DNA of 64,000 nt from Anthoceros angustus. Its lineage: Eukaryota > Plantae > Anthocerotophyta. Made by a program: the position numbers and the translations under genes. Location: contig MU008160.1 of assembly GCA_010909165.1 (NCBI GenBank), positions 620,001 to 684,000 on the forward strand, given 5' to 3'. Positions within the stretch are counted from its first letter, which is position 1; each line of letters begins with the position of its first letter. The notes under the pieces were generated by a model. The model was not told the DNA's origin. It saw only the letters and a list, made by a program, of their open reading frames with translations, and did no database searches. Positions 11,426 to 24,553 of the stretch are shown piece after piece.

Positions 11426-12300
11426 CGAGGTCAAGAAGTGCAGGGGGTGTGTGAGTCACCTTCTGCTTCTCGGGCATGCAGTGCGGATGGCACTTAGTAT
11501 CCGGTCATGGGCGTAGTTCATGAGTTTATTAGATCCTGCGGATGAGCCCATTTGTCTTCTCTGTCATTGGCCTTAGGATTGTAGGGTGCCGTCTTGCGAT
11601 GATTGATGCGAAATACTCCGTCATGGCGGCCACCACATCATTAAGGAAATGGGTTCCCCTATCACTTACCAAGCGGCGGACATCCGTGCGGGTTATGATG
11701 TTCTCGTCATTTGGCCACGGTATTTGCGAGTCCGTTCTTGTCGCCTCTACCACAGTGCGGTGGTCCGTTGCCACGGGATGTATCTCCTTTGTGTGTGTGT
11801 CTTGTCGTGGTCCAGTCCAACAAAGTCAATACCCCACTTTTGAAAGGTGCGGTGCCAATATCGGTACTAGCGGCCCAGTGTCGTCGGGGTTGGCTTTCCG
11901 ATCCGTGACAAGCATCACACTTCTTCTAAGCGGTGGGTGTCCCCATACATTGTTGGCCACCGGTATCCGCTTCAAAATCTTTTGGTGGTGACTGTCTTTC
12001 GTAGTGTCACCCCAATCCTTTGCATTCCCTTGGCTCCACATCTCTGCGGTTGCAAGTACCTTCGTTCTACTCCGTCCGGCCCTAATTTGAACACACACCG
12101 TTGTACATTACGAAGGGTCGAGCATAGTGCACGAATGCCTCCCTCATCCAGAGTGATTTTGAGCTCCATTCCCAGAGGTGCCTCTTTCTTCGTAGGTCGG
12201 ACGGCGGACCCTCCTTCTCACGCTAAGGCTGCAGTTCTCGTAGCTTGGGGTTCGTCTGGGCTCCTCCGGTTGTACTTTTCTGCGGATGAGACATTGGTTG

Positions 12301-13190
12301 CCGCAGAAAGTACAACCGAGGAGCCCAAATGACCGAACCCCAAGCTACGAACCGGCAATTAGTAGCGAGAAGGGAGGGTCCGCCCGTCCGACCCACGAAG
12401 AAATAGAGCGGTACCTGGGAATGGAGCTTCAAATCGACTCGTGGATGAGGGAGGCATTCGTGCACTATGCTCGACCCTTCGTAATGTACAACGGTGTGTG
12501 TCAAATTAGGGCCTGACGGAGTAGAACGAAGGTACTTACAACCGCAGAGAGGAGCGGCCGTCAAGGGAATGCACGAAGGATTGGGGTGGACACTACGCAA
12601 AGACAGTCACCACCAAAAGATTTTGAAGCGGATACGGTGGCCAACAATGTATGGGGACACCCACCGCTTGAAGAAGTGTGATGCTTGTCGGATCGGAAAG
12701 CCAACCCCGACGACACGGGCCGCTAGTACCGATATTGGCACCGCACCTTTCAAAAGTGGGGTATTGACTTTGTTGGACCTATACACCCACGACAAGACAC
12801 ACACAAAGGAGATACATCCCGGTGGCAACGACCATCGCACTGTGGGTAGAGGCGGTGGCAAGAACGGACTCGCAAATACCGTGGCCAAATTCTCGCACGA
12901 GAACATCATAACCCGCACGGATGTCCGCAGCTTGGTAAGTGATAGGGGAACCCATTTCCTTAATGATGTGGTGGCCGCCATGACGGAGTATTTCGCATCA
13001 ATCATCGCAAGACGGCACCCTACAATCCTAAGGCCAATGGGTCGACAGAGAAGACAAATGGGCTCATCCGCAGGATCTCGAATAAACTCACAAGTGAACT
13101 ACGCCCATGACTGGATACTGTCGCCATCCGCACTGTGCCTCCGATAGCAAGCAGAAGGTGACTACACACCCGACCCCTTACTTGACCACG
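12301..13190 (+). pseudogene. pol: Gypsy integrase, N-terminal and core (mirror of 11426-12285 minus)
   Basis: WPTMYGD..CDAC.RIGKP; PILAPAPFQKWGIDFVG; LVSDRGTHFLNDVVAAMTEYF; EKTNGLIRRILNK; interrupted by Copia in the PTPYL.YG motif. Confidence 0.92.
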
Positions 13191-16100
13191 TGAAGGATCG
13201 TGGCTCCGGGTGGAAGGAGGAGAGGAGAGAGGAGGCAAGAGTAGCTCTCACATTTGAGATGAGGCTTGGAGGGTACCTCCAATAGGCTCCCTAGGAAGCT
13301 CCACAAGAAGCTCCTAAGAAGGAGCACAAGAAGCTTCCTAGTGATTAGCTTAGCTAAACTAATGATACTTAATCGACACCTAACTTAGACTAAGTGTATT
13401 AGTCTAAGTATGGGCTTTAATACCCTTACAACCTCCCACTTAAAGGCCAATTTACCTTCAGAGGAGAATGGACTATCTCATGCCCATCTGTCCGAGCTTG
13501 TGCAAATTGCTCGTAGAGAGTCCCTTGGTAAGAATATCTAGGTTCGGTGTGAACCTTGACAAGTTGTACCCTCTTGTCGTCCAACACCTCTCGAATGAAG
13601 TGATACTTCACATCCACATGTTTAGTCTTCGCATGAAACACGGATTCTTTGCCAATTGGATAGCACTGCTATCACAATGCAACACCGGCACTCAACCTTG
13701 ATCCCCAAGTCTCCCACTAAACGAGCAAGCCATATGGCTTCCTTGCAAGCCTCGCTGTGCAACATACTCTCTGTGGTAGATAGCGAATAATGCACGATCG
13801 CAAACGAGATCGCCATGAGACGCCCGTGCGTGAAGACATAACTCGATGTGGACCTCCTTTTGTCCATATCCTCGCATAATCGATCTGTACCCAACCACAC
13901 ATGCATCTTCACTACCAAAACATATGCACAAAGCTTTTGTACCATTCGGATACCTCATAACTCTTTATCGCCTCCCAATGCTTCTTGCCGGTTTGACATA
14001 AACTCGCTAACCACTCCCACCGCAAAGGCAATGTCGACGTGTAGCAATCATTGCATACATCAAACTCCCTACACTGATGAGTATGGGACCTTCTCCATTT
14101 CACTTTGTCCTCCTCGAGCTTGGGCAATCCGCGAAAGTTTCACATATGGAGGCAATGGAGTACCCAATGGCTTCCCTTCTCCATGTTGAAACGTTGAAGC
14201 ACCTGTTAATGTATTCCGTCTCGAGACAAATAAAGTGACGCTTATGTCATTCCGACGAATACGCATGCCAAGTATATGGCTCGCCTCCCAAGTCTCATTT
14301 CAAAGTGAGCATTCAACTTTGACTTCAACGAAATCTCATCAAGATCGCTCAAAGAATTAGCATATCATCCACATAGAGGATCAAAATGAGCAAGCTTTGA
14401 TCCTTAGCTTGCTTCAGATAGAGGCAATGATCCTCATCCACGCTTGTAGAAAGCATAAATGAGTGGAACTTGTGATACCACTGGGTGCTGCTTTCAAACC
14501 ATAAAGGCTCTTCCTCAACCCGCACACCGATGCTCTTTGCCCTTCTCAACAAAACCTTCCCGCATGTAGACGCCCTCTTGAAGGTCACCATGCAAGAATG
14601 CTCTTGACATCCATCCGCAAGTTCCATATCATCTCGCAACCAAAGCAAGAACACATCGCAAAGTTGTCATTTTGACTAGGTGAGAAAATCTCATCAAAGT
14701 CAATGCCTGTTGTTGCTTGAAACCCTTAGCAACCACGGGCCTTGTACTTTGGTTTGCCATCATGACCTTCATCTTGTACACCCATTTGCACGTAGTGCCT
14801 TCTTATCCTTAGGCAACGGAACCAACTCCCAAGTTTGGTTCTTATGCAATAATCATTTTTGATCGCATGGCCTTCTCCCACTTGTCTTTGTTACTCGCTG
14901 ACAGAGCCTCTTTGTAAGAAGAGGGTTCCCAACTTCAAGATACATAATCCAGATGGATCATACCGCTGAGGTCGTGTAATCCGCCTCGACCACGGCACTG
15001 TGCACCTCTATAGGAGCTTGTTCGACTCTTGGTTCATCTATGGAGGAATGTGCTCCACATTACATATCAACCCCGCCCATGATGATCATGTCCATCTTCT
15101 TGGAAGATCACCCTTCGCACCTCCAGCTTGGAGTAGGCTTCCTGCATCTTGTTCTCATTGAAGAACACGTCTAGTACGAACAACCTTTCTAGCCTCCGGA
15201 TCCCACAAACTATCCCATCTCAATCACCATAGCCAAGAAAAATACATTTCTTGGACTTAGGTGCCAACTTGTCCCGAAACTCTTTTGGAACATGGCGATG
15301 CCTCATGCCAAACACTCGCAGATGCTTGTAGGATGGTTTCTTTCCGCACCATAGCTCCTCCGAACCTCATCAACTTTTATTAGGAGATCTGTTAATAAGA
15401 TGAACCGCAGAGACACCGCTCGCCCAAAACCCATTAGGCAATCCAGAGTTTGACAACAAACTACGCATCCTCTCGAATGGTTCTGTTTCATCCGCCACAC
15501 ACCATTTTGTGGAGGAGACAATAATTCTTTTGATTCCTTGGAATCAATGACCGGAAAGCTAAACATACTCCACCATTATCTCCTTAGACACTTCAATCGG
15601 TGGATCGATTCTCTACAAGGGTGACAAATTTCAAACACCGCCGAACTTCATCCTTTTTCCTCAAAGGATAAACCCACACCTTGCGTGAGAAATCATCTAT
15701 GAAAGTGACAAAATAAGAGGCACCGCCTAATGATGCAGAGGCATAGGTCCACATACCCGTGAACCAACTCAAGAGGTTTACTTCTACTTTACCTCGTTCG
15801 ATGTGATGATTTTGTCTGCTTCCCATATAAACAGTGCTCACACATCGAGAGATCGAGAAGTTAAGCAGTGGATATAACCGTAACGAGATAAAACCTTCAT
15901 TCCCTTCTCGAGACATATGTCCTAACCGCAATGCCACAAGGAAACATTTTTGCTCACATGATCACATGATCTTTGATGTGTTTACTGGTGAGTACAAAGT
16001 GCCACACTCGATCCACGAGCTAACACAAGAGAACCTTTGGAGATCTTCCAAGAGTGATCCCCAAACCAAGAAGTAACCAGATCATCCAACCGTCTCGCGC

Positions 16101-18259
16101 TAATCATGCTCTTTGTCAACTTGAACATGCCTAACGCCCTTCAAAGATGAATGAAGATCCGTTGTCAAACTTGAGTTGCACATCACCCACGCTGCGATCC
16201 GCATGCATAGTTATTTCCAAGCCTAACGCATCCTTTCCTTGTAGCATCATACGTGTTAAACCACTCTCTATGAGGAGTAACATGGAAAGATGCACCGAGT
16301 CAATTATCCAATTGCGTAATAAATGACTATCCACGGTTAATTAAAGATTCAAGTAAGAAGAGATAAGGACATCTCCGTCCTCAACGTAGTTTAACTCTTC
16401 CAACCGATGCAAAGTCGCCTTCTTGTCTCCGCTTCTTCTCTTTCCTTGGTCCTTTTGAACTTCTCGCACTCTCTTTTGAAGTGACCCTTTGTGACAATAG
16501 TGACACTCCACATTCTTGTTACGACTACGAGATTTGCTACGAGAAAAGCTTCCGTTGCTTGCTTCCCTTCGCAGCGTGGACCTCCCTCTCACTATGAGGG
16601 CACGGAACCTTTGGAAGGTTCCATGTTTTTCCTGCTCACCTCCTCGCCAATGTGCTACCTTCTACATTTACAATGGTAAGACCACTAGCAAAGGCAATTA
16701 CTCGAGTGCACGAAGGTATCCCAACTCTCCGTAATGTGACCATGAAACATAGCTCTCACTAACTGGGAACGTGATACCTTGAGATGAGAGTCGGCTGAAA
16801 ATGGTATTGAAATCATTCGGATGATCGGACATCCTCGTCCCTTCCTTCATCTTCAAGTCCACCATGCTTCAACCAATACACCGAGAAGCCGCACTTTGCT
16901 TCTCATACAGTCATACGCCATCCGTAACTCGTGGTCTTATCTTTCACATTGAAGTACACCGCTTTTGACAATGTTAGCATGATAGTAGATCTAGCAAGCT
17001 CATCCAGTCCCGCCACTCATCCCGTCATACTATCCGGTTTGACGCCTAACAACTTTATGGGCTTGATCTTTTCGCACTAGAACATTATACACTTGTTCTT
17101 TCCGAACGGGAAGTTAGTACCATCTAACTTCTCGATATTGAACATGACGCTTTCGATGATGAAGACATCATGACTCAAAAATCGATACTGATAAAACACT
17201 CAACTCGCCTTGTTAGAAAAGTCAAAGAAGAAAAGCCACCGTACGGTCCGTGTCTTTTGCCGTTGATTCCACCGAGTAATCCCAATCGCTCGACGATCTC
17301 GCCACCGCGCTGCACTCAACCGCGGCCGCCACGCCCGCCGGCCCCGCCCCGCCACGCACCGCGCCACCGCGCGCCCGCACGCCACCGCCGCGCCCGACGC
17401 ACGGCGCGACGCGCTGCCGGCGCCGGGCGCGCACCCCCGCTGCGCGCCACGCTGCGGCCAGCCGCGCGCCGGGCGGGCCGCGGCCAAGGCTGCGCTGCGG
17501 GCGCGGCGCAAGGCCTGGGCCCCTGGCTGCGCCCCGCCGCCGCGCCGGCCCGGGGCCTCGGCCGGGGCGCCGCGCCGCGCTGGCCCGGGGCTGCGCGCGC
17601 GCCGGCCGTGGGCGCCGCGCCCGCTGGGCTCGCCGCGCACGCTGCTCGCGCGCGCCGCGGGCGCGCGCTGGGCCGCGCCGCGCGCGGGCCGGCCGGCCTG
17701 CGCGCTCAAGGCCCGCTGCGGGCCCCGCTCGCGGCCCCGCGCCGCGCGGCCCCGCGCCGGCCCGCGCCGCCCCGCGCCGCGCCCGCGGCCGCCGCTGGCC
17801 CGCCGCCCGCCGCGCTCCGCGGCTCGCCGCCTGCGCTCGCCTGCGGTCCGCACGGCCTCGCCGGCCGCCCGCCCGCGCGGTCGCGGCTTGCCCACGCCTC
17901 ATCCGCGCGCGCGCTGCGCCCTCGCCGCGATCGGATCACCCCACGAGCTGCCGCCCCGCAGCTAGAAAATTCTAGCATCACAACACAACCAAACCATGGC
18001 TCGATACCGCTTGAAGGATCGTGGGCAGCCATGGTGGAAGGAGAGGAGAGGAGGAGGCAAGAGTAGCTCTCTCACATTGAGATGAGGCTTGGAGGGTATT
18101 TATACCTCCAATATTCCCTAGGAAGCTCCACAAGAAGCTCCTAGGAAGGAGCACAAGAAGCTTCCTAGTGATTAGCTTAAGCTAAACTAATGATACTTAA
18201 TCGACACCTAACTTAGACTAAGTGTATTAGTCTAAGTACATTGGGCTTAATACCTTACA
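13191..18259 (-). mobile_element. Mirror copy of the Copia element
   Basis: LTRs 13191-13430 and 18012-18259; same domains on the minus strand; flanks CCACG / CACG. Confidence 0.94.
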
Positions 18260-18680
18260 CACGGACACTCCCGTAATGCCGAGAGTTTGAAGTGCCCACT
18301 TTCGAGTAATGATGGAAGGGAGATCCGAGGAGGAAAGCCAACTCGGCGACTCTTGGGGTTTGTGCAAAGGTGAGGATGTGGAAGAAGCTCAAATTGAAGA
18401 TGCATTGGTAAAACCAGAAGATTTGCACGATCGCCGATCATGAATCGAGTATGTAAAGGAAGGGGACCGCCCTCCTTTATGATAGTCACACATGCATTTT
18501 CTGCAAACTTCACCGAGATGGATGGGTCCGTATCAAGTGGTGCAAGTATATGACAACGGGTCCGCCCAGCCACGACACTAGATGGAGAGCTGCCCACTCA
18601 AACGGGTGGTGAAGAAGATATCATGCTTAGTGTTGGCGGAGACGCCAATGTATGAGAAGGGGAGTATGTGGGCGGTACTC
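18260..18680 (+). pseudogene. pol: Gypsy integrase C-terminus (continues 13190 across the Copia insertion; mirrors ~5880-6298 and ~60810-61228)
   Basis: MPVEFEVPT motif (ORF 6097..6285-), then a degenerate FPGKLH..GP region. Confidence 0.8.
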
Positions 18681-21600
18681 GGGAGTTAGGAAATAAGTAG
18701 GGTTTCGCTTTTTTTAGGATTGAAGGATAAATAAGGCGGAAAGGAGGAATAAATTGGGGTAGCGCCGGACGAGGCTGAGTACTCCGGACTGAGTGAACAA
18801 CGGACCTTTGTACCACTATGGAAGCCCGGACTACGCCGGAGTAACGGATAAGTCCGGAACCCACCCGGTCAAGGATAAGTACGCCAGGAAAGTAACCCAG
18901 GAGGGGGCGTGAGGATGACGCAGGCGGGGCGCCACGTGAGTGGCGGAGGTCGCATGCAGTGAGGCTGACCGAACCGCCGGTTATAAGGGTATTCACGCCC
19001 CAAGGGCGGGCGTAGCGCCGGAAGCGTAGGGTCGTAGGGCGTAGCCATGCACCCACGAGGGCGCCTTCCCGCCTAGAAGCTTCTACAAGCTGGCAAGGAG
19101 CAGGAGGTCATCGCGCAGCCCATCCTCGAGCGGTCTCTCCCCCAGCGGGGCAAAAGAGCTGTTCCTGACCTCACCTCCTCCGAGCCCAGAAAGAGGGCAA
19201 AGGAGTTAGAGGCGAGGGCCAAAGAGGGTGAGACCGGACTACCACTGGACCCGAGGGTCCCGATGACGAGTCCACCGACTTACTCCGGATCATGGTATGG
19301 AGGTCCTTATCGAGAAATGCCGCTCCACCACGGACTTTGTGGGGGCCTCACAGCACGCCGTGGAAGAAACACGCGAAGTCCCGCCATATTATGGACGGAA
19401 TGCTTTGGGGTCTCGTGTGGCCAAATGGAGAAGACCTGTGGAAGTGGAGGCCACCCGGAGGAGGATGGTGGAACCCAAGAGCAAGTGAAGGCCGAGGGGC
19501 AAAGGAAAGTGGAGTCCCCGCCGATCGAAGGAAACGGGTGGCGGAAGAGGCCCGAGGCGAGAGAGCTCGACCGCGGAGGCGGCCCGCCAGAGAAGCCGCG
19601 CAAAGGCGGCGAGTGAAGCCGGGCAAAGAGCGACCGGGATCACTGACGGATCGAACCGGTGGAAAGAGTCGACAGTACCGAGAACCTGGCTAGACAAAGG
19701 CTATGGAGGCAGGCGCACTCGGGAGATAGGGATCTCGAGCACACCGCAGAGAAGGAGGCGGGCATGGAGGACAAAGAAGGACACGCCGAGCTACAACCCA
19801 AGATGCGCTTGAGAAGCAGTGATTCTCAACGAGAATCCACGACTCGAGCAAAAGAGTAAGCCCGCCCGTCTCAAGACGGAGGAAAATCGCCATCATCCAA
19901 GGAGTTGGACGCTGCGTGAGCCGGAGGAAGTCCTGGACGGAGGTATCTCACCGCCTGGAGAGGGAGCCGGAGCTAAAGGCCGAATGAACGGAGGAGCGCG
20001 AGCACGAAGGTAAAAGAAGCCGCCGTCCACCGAAAGGCGGAAGGGAACGCCGCTATGGCGGTAAGCCGGGCGGAAAGGAAACGACGGAGCCGGAGCAGTG
20101 AGCAACAGCTGCAATGCAGGAGGTGACCGAGGCCGCCTTGTAGCCTCGCGTGATACGCCTGCCACCGCCAACCGGCAGGAGAGGTGGCCCAACAAGCCGA
20201 AAAGACGCCTCGAACACTTATGGCGGAGGGAGTATCGGTGCCCGCACACGTGGAAGAGGCAATTCAACAAGTCGATCTGCACTTTGCCTATTACCACGAG
20301 CCCGGGCGAGAAGCCTCGACTCAGAAACGGGACGGACCTCGGAAGGCCTGTGGAAGGAGATGAAGGCCACGGGAGACAGTGACCCTAGTGGCCTGCTTGA
20401 GATGACGGAGCGCGGAGAGGAGCAACCGGAGGAGCAACGAGGGAGCGGATGCGATCGAGGTAAGCACCCCGACCTCACCATGGAAGGAGGGGCCAACGGC
20501 GAGTCAGGCGATCGGGAACAGGAGGACTGAGGAGAGCCACGGAGGAGTCCTGTGAGGGAGGAAACCCGGTGATGGAGTCCGACTTTGTCCGGACGAGGGG
20601 AGGCGACCGTCCACCCCAGAATAAGTCCGACCAAGTCCGACTACAGTCCGACCTCAAGTCCGGACTGCACAACTGACCCCGAGGTCCGGACCCCGCAGAC
20701 AAGGTCGGACCTAGCCGGCCGACCTGTGAAGCCGGACTCGGGTTCGTGAGTCGAGAGACCTCGAGGACCGGGCCGCGGCAAGAAGGAGGAGCCCCTCGAC
20801 TTACGCTAGGGGAGCCGAGGGTGGCCCCACCGCTGGACCTGGAGGCCAGTGAGAGGTAACGGGCGTCGATCACGCAGAGCCCAACCCGGCATTCCGGAGA
20901 GGAGGGGCCCGCCACGGATCATCCGATTGCACCACAACCTGTGACGGGGATTGACCACCCATTCCGAGGGCCTGTGGACCTTCTTCTACCGAGATAGGGG
21001 AGAAGATGTAGGCGTCGATTAGGGTATACCGAGCTGGCTATCACCGTAATAGGGTGTAATAAAGACGCCACCTTGGGCGCAGATAAGAGGGCCGAGGCTG
21101 TAGTAAAGCATCTTTCTTGGTGTTGATGCCTGCCTGCACCTTGTGAGTCTTCACAACGTGAGTCCCGAGTCACCGAAAGGTGCACACCCGGAGATTGATC
21201 AAGGTCCCGTGACGGACTTAACGCTGTGGTGTGCAGGAAGGTGATCACGACCGTGCTCGTCCGAGCCGCGTCCGCACCGAATGGACTGAACGCGGAGCCG
21301 GAGGAACTGGAGGTGTGTAGAGCCTGACGAGAGGCCCGCGGAACGGAGGAGGTCCGGATCAGAACGCCCTTTTTTCTAAGATCAAGAGAAGTGAGGAGAG
21401 AGGAAAGGACCGGATGCGTGAGGATGTATGAACGATACGGACGAACGGTCTAAACGCTTGGCCATACCGGCCCAGACGGTGAAACGCAGAGTAGTTAGAG
21501 TATGTGTGTGAGTTGAGACCTAATAGCGCTAAGGATGAGAATCACCCGAACGCGTAAACGGGGCCTATCATTCCTTTGGAACGGACTTCTTCCTACAACG

Positions 21601-23553
21601 CGACGGATTGTGCGCTACTGCTGGCCATCAAGAAAAGTCACAAGGCCCTTGCAGAGGACCTCTCCTATTGAAGACCTCCTTGTCGGAGGATGCCTGTGGC
21701 CTTTGGAATCCTTTCCTTCGCTTTTGCTAGGCGCCTGGTACCTCATTCAGACGCCGCCTGCCTGGCCCTTTGTCCCGGCCCGGGTTTGATAATAAGATTA
21801 TGGATACTCTTGGGGACATCTGGGCCTGGGGCTTTTGAGTGCCTGGGGCGACTGCTCACCGGGCAAGCATCCCCGCCTGCAATTTGGAGGCGAGGATCGC
21901 CTCATCGAGGTCTCTTCCCACGGCTTGGGGAGTTGGGCCCTCCGCCTCGCCTTGGCTTCCTGCTTCATCCTCCATGACAAGCCCTTTCTCGAGGATCTCG
22001 ATCAAGTGTGAGGAGGGAACCTTCTCCAATCGCCCTGAGGCAGCGTAGACATGTTATCGCAGATGCTCTAAGGACTTCCTCCTTTCTACATTTATCATCG
22101 ATGGCTTTAGGGATTGTGTGCATCTCGCCGAGAAGCCTCGGCCAGCTTTTCCGCCCTCCGTGACCCTCCATCTCTGTGTCCACTAGAGCGCCCTTTTGTT
22201 CGGAAGGGAGTGTGTTGGCCACCGCCCGCCCATGCATACGGGATTTCACATCGCACCAACCACCTTCACTATCGCGATGCGATCTGCCTCGCCTACTCCA
22301 CCGGCAGGGCTTCTTCGCCTCACTTGTGAGTGCGGCTCGCCTGACGCCTCGTGTCCACCTTGCTCGTTGTCCCCACGGGTCATCGCCACACCATGACGCC
22401 ATCCGTGACGCCATGTTTGCCATTGCTCGCGAAAGTGGCTATATGGCCCGGAGGGAGCGGAGTATACTCTTCTTACGTCGCTCAATCGGACTTATACCTT
22501 GTCCGTGGCGACTGTGTGTGGTGGCGGATGTAGTGGTTACACGACCGACGTGACGCCACCTCCGCCTGTGTCATCACCAACCGCCCAGCGTGCCGCTGCA
22601 GCCGCCTCTCAAGGTCCGCAAGAGCAGGATGCAAGCGGGCCACCTTTTATCCCGCTTGCTCTAGAAACGATGGCAATGGTCGAGGACTTTGACAAATCTA
22701 TCAAGTCTTGTGCCAAAGCTACCATGCAGCAGTATAGTGTGGCGTCTCCTGTGATCACAAAGATACTCCGGCTGGTTTATTGTTTTCAGCCGCCTCAACG
22801 GATTCTCCATGGCGACGGTGGTGATGCCTTCCTCTGGTTTGCTGCGCTTATTCTACCTGTGATATGACATTGTGGTGCAGCTTGGTCACTTTAGGGAGCA
22901 TTCTCTTCACTCACCCCGGGTCCCCATTTGTTGTCCTTCCTAGATGGTCTCTTTCCATCGTTCTTCACCTCAAGTAAATCATCTTCATAAATGGCCTCCA
23001 ATCATATTTTTTGGGTTTATTAATAAATATCTTAGATAATAATAATAATATTTGGAGAAAAAGGCTTACAAGCGTAATCTACAATAAATATCATCTTTTT
23101 TAAAAGCCTTTTCTCAAAATTTGTTCTTTATTTTGAAGAAATAAAGAACAAATTTTGAGAAAAGGCTTTACAACGTAATCTACAACAAGGGAGCCACGTC
23201 ATCGCATGTTGTAAATGGCTTCCAATCATATTTTTGTGATTAGAGATGTTAATAAAGATTTTAGAAAATAAAGATCAAATTTGAAAAAAGCTTTACAACG
23301 TTATGACAATGGAGAGCCATCATGAATGTTGTTGTAAATGAGCACCCAAAAGAGTGCCACATCATCCAACTAGAAACCCGTCAGAACCGAGTCTTAAAAC
23401 TTGCCACACCAAATGAAACTAAACCAATTTATAACGGAGGTGTTTAGAGTCAGAAGATTGGGAGATTTGCAAAGGGTTTTGTAAAACACCTCTCCCCGGT
23501 AGTGGTTGGAGTCCTGAGGAGGAGCCGGAGTAGCCGCTCAGGACGCCTCAACC

Positions 23554-24510
23554 ATGAGTGGAGGAAGGAGGTGGGAGTCGACCCCATAGCCGCCAAAGAA
23601 TATGTAAAATTTGGGGAGAATAACGAGGTGAAGACGCCAGGCTTTTGTGTGAACTTTTGAACATGTGTCTCATGTAAATTTAGAAGCCTCAGGTCATAGG
23701 TCTCGAATTTTTCTGAGTGCTTCAAAGTCATGCACTCGGTATAGTCGTACCTATGGGGCTGCACTCACCACCGATTGGGATGATTTGAAAGCTGCATTTT
23801 AATTATGTGGCCCGAAGAGTTATGCATCACACGCCGGCTGAGGACTTTGAAGAGGAGGGAACCTTTGTATGATTATGTAGAAAGGATTTATGGTTCCTTG
23901 GAGAGAGTACCACCACGATCGCTGTATATGTAGCTTTCACAAAGCAAGGCCTATGATATGAATTTTCTGATAAAGGTTCGGATAGCATAGGTTGGAGTCA
24001 GGGAACGATGTAGATCCAAATGCCATAGAAGACTTAGAGCTAGAATCGGCAAGGTAAAGATTTCAAGAATGAGAGATGGAAGAGTTTAAGAAATTGGGAA
24101 GCAGGATGTGAATGCGATTTTATTTCTCGTGTGAAAACTAGAGAGCGGATTGTGGCTATACAGATTTCATGACAAGGAGTTGAGGAGACCACGATTGGAA
24201 GGAGAGGGTCATGAGCAAAGTACAAGTGTGATTGAAGTTGTACGGCAAGAGGTGCAAGGGAAGGGCCAAGTGTCCATAAACGCAGGTTTGTGGTTTGGTT
24301 GCATGTAATAATCTAAGAGTTCAAGATGAAGTAAAGGAGCATCAACGGTGGAGGACAGGAGTGCCTTTTAGGGTGAGCAATCGAGGGCGTAGTGGGAGTG
24401 CAAGTGGCGATGGTGGCAAGAGCGATGGAGAAAAAGAAATCACTTTGGAGAAAGGAAAAGCGGCATGCAAAAATGGTGTCTGGGAGGTACGTGAGCTGGA
24501 GCCGGAGCAA
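23554..24510 (+). pseudogene. gag: Same gag in the mirror arm; abuts the LTR of element B (also ~54978-55934 minus)
   Basis: Reverse complement of 1-783 plus downstream continuation. Confidence 0.7.
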
Positions 24511-24553
24511 GGATGGCTTAGTGTGGCGCCGACCGGACGCCAGCGCACAATCC

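Larger units (their letters stand above)
1..12285. repeat. Left arm of imperfect inverted repeat (fold at ~12293; extends past window start)
   Basis: CTTTTCTGCGG-[ATGAGACATTGGTTG]-CCGCAGAAAG at 12275-12310. Landmarks pair colinearly: 11425/13191, 11161/13430, 6538/18012, 1/24270. Roughly 85-90% identity by eye, dominated by short indels. Confidence 0.96.
2864..12285 (-). mobile_element. Ty3/Gypsy element A, 3' half (integrase, long 3' region, 3' LTR), interrupted by Copia and cut by the fold at 12293; probably non-chromoviral Athila/Tat group
   Basis: Integrase on minus strand at 11426-12285 and ~5880-6298; ~2.3 kb 3' region with extra ORF and short tandem repeats; LTR-like terminus TGTCG...CGACA. 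Lineage assignment is inference from this architecture. Confidence 0.8.
12301..21604 (+). mobile_element. Mirror copy of Gypsy element A
   Basis: Colinear reverse complement of 2864-12285. Confidence 0.78.
12301..24270. repeat. Right arm of imperfect inverted repeat
   Basis: Reverse complement of 1-12285 with many small indels; about 315 bp shorter overall. Confidence 0.96.

Noticed and set aside
17170-18066. Long Arg/Ala/Pro/Gly-rich ORFs (also 6428-7321 and 61422-62314) as novel proteins
   Set aside because: Open in several frames on both strands because the ~90% GC tract lacks stop codons; not conserved between arms; lies in a retroelement leader.
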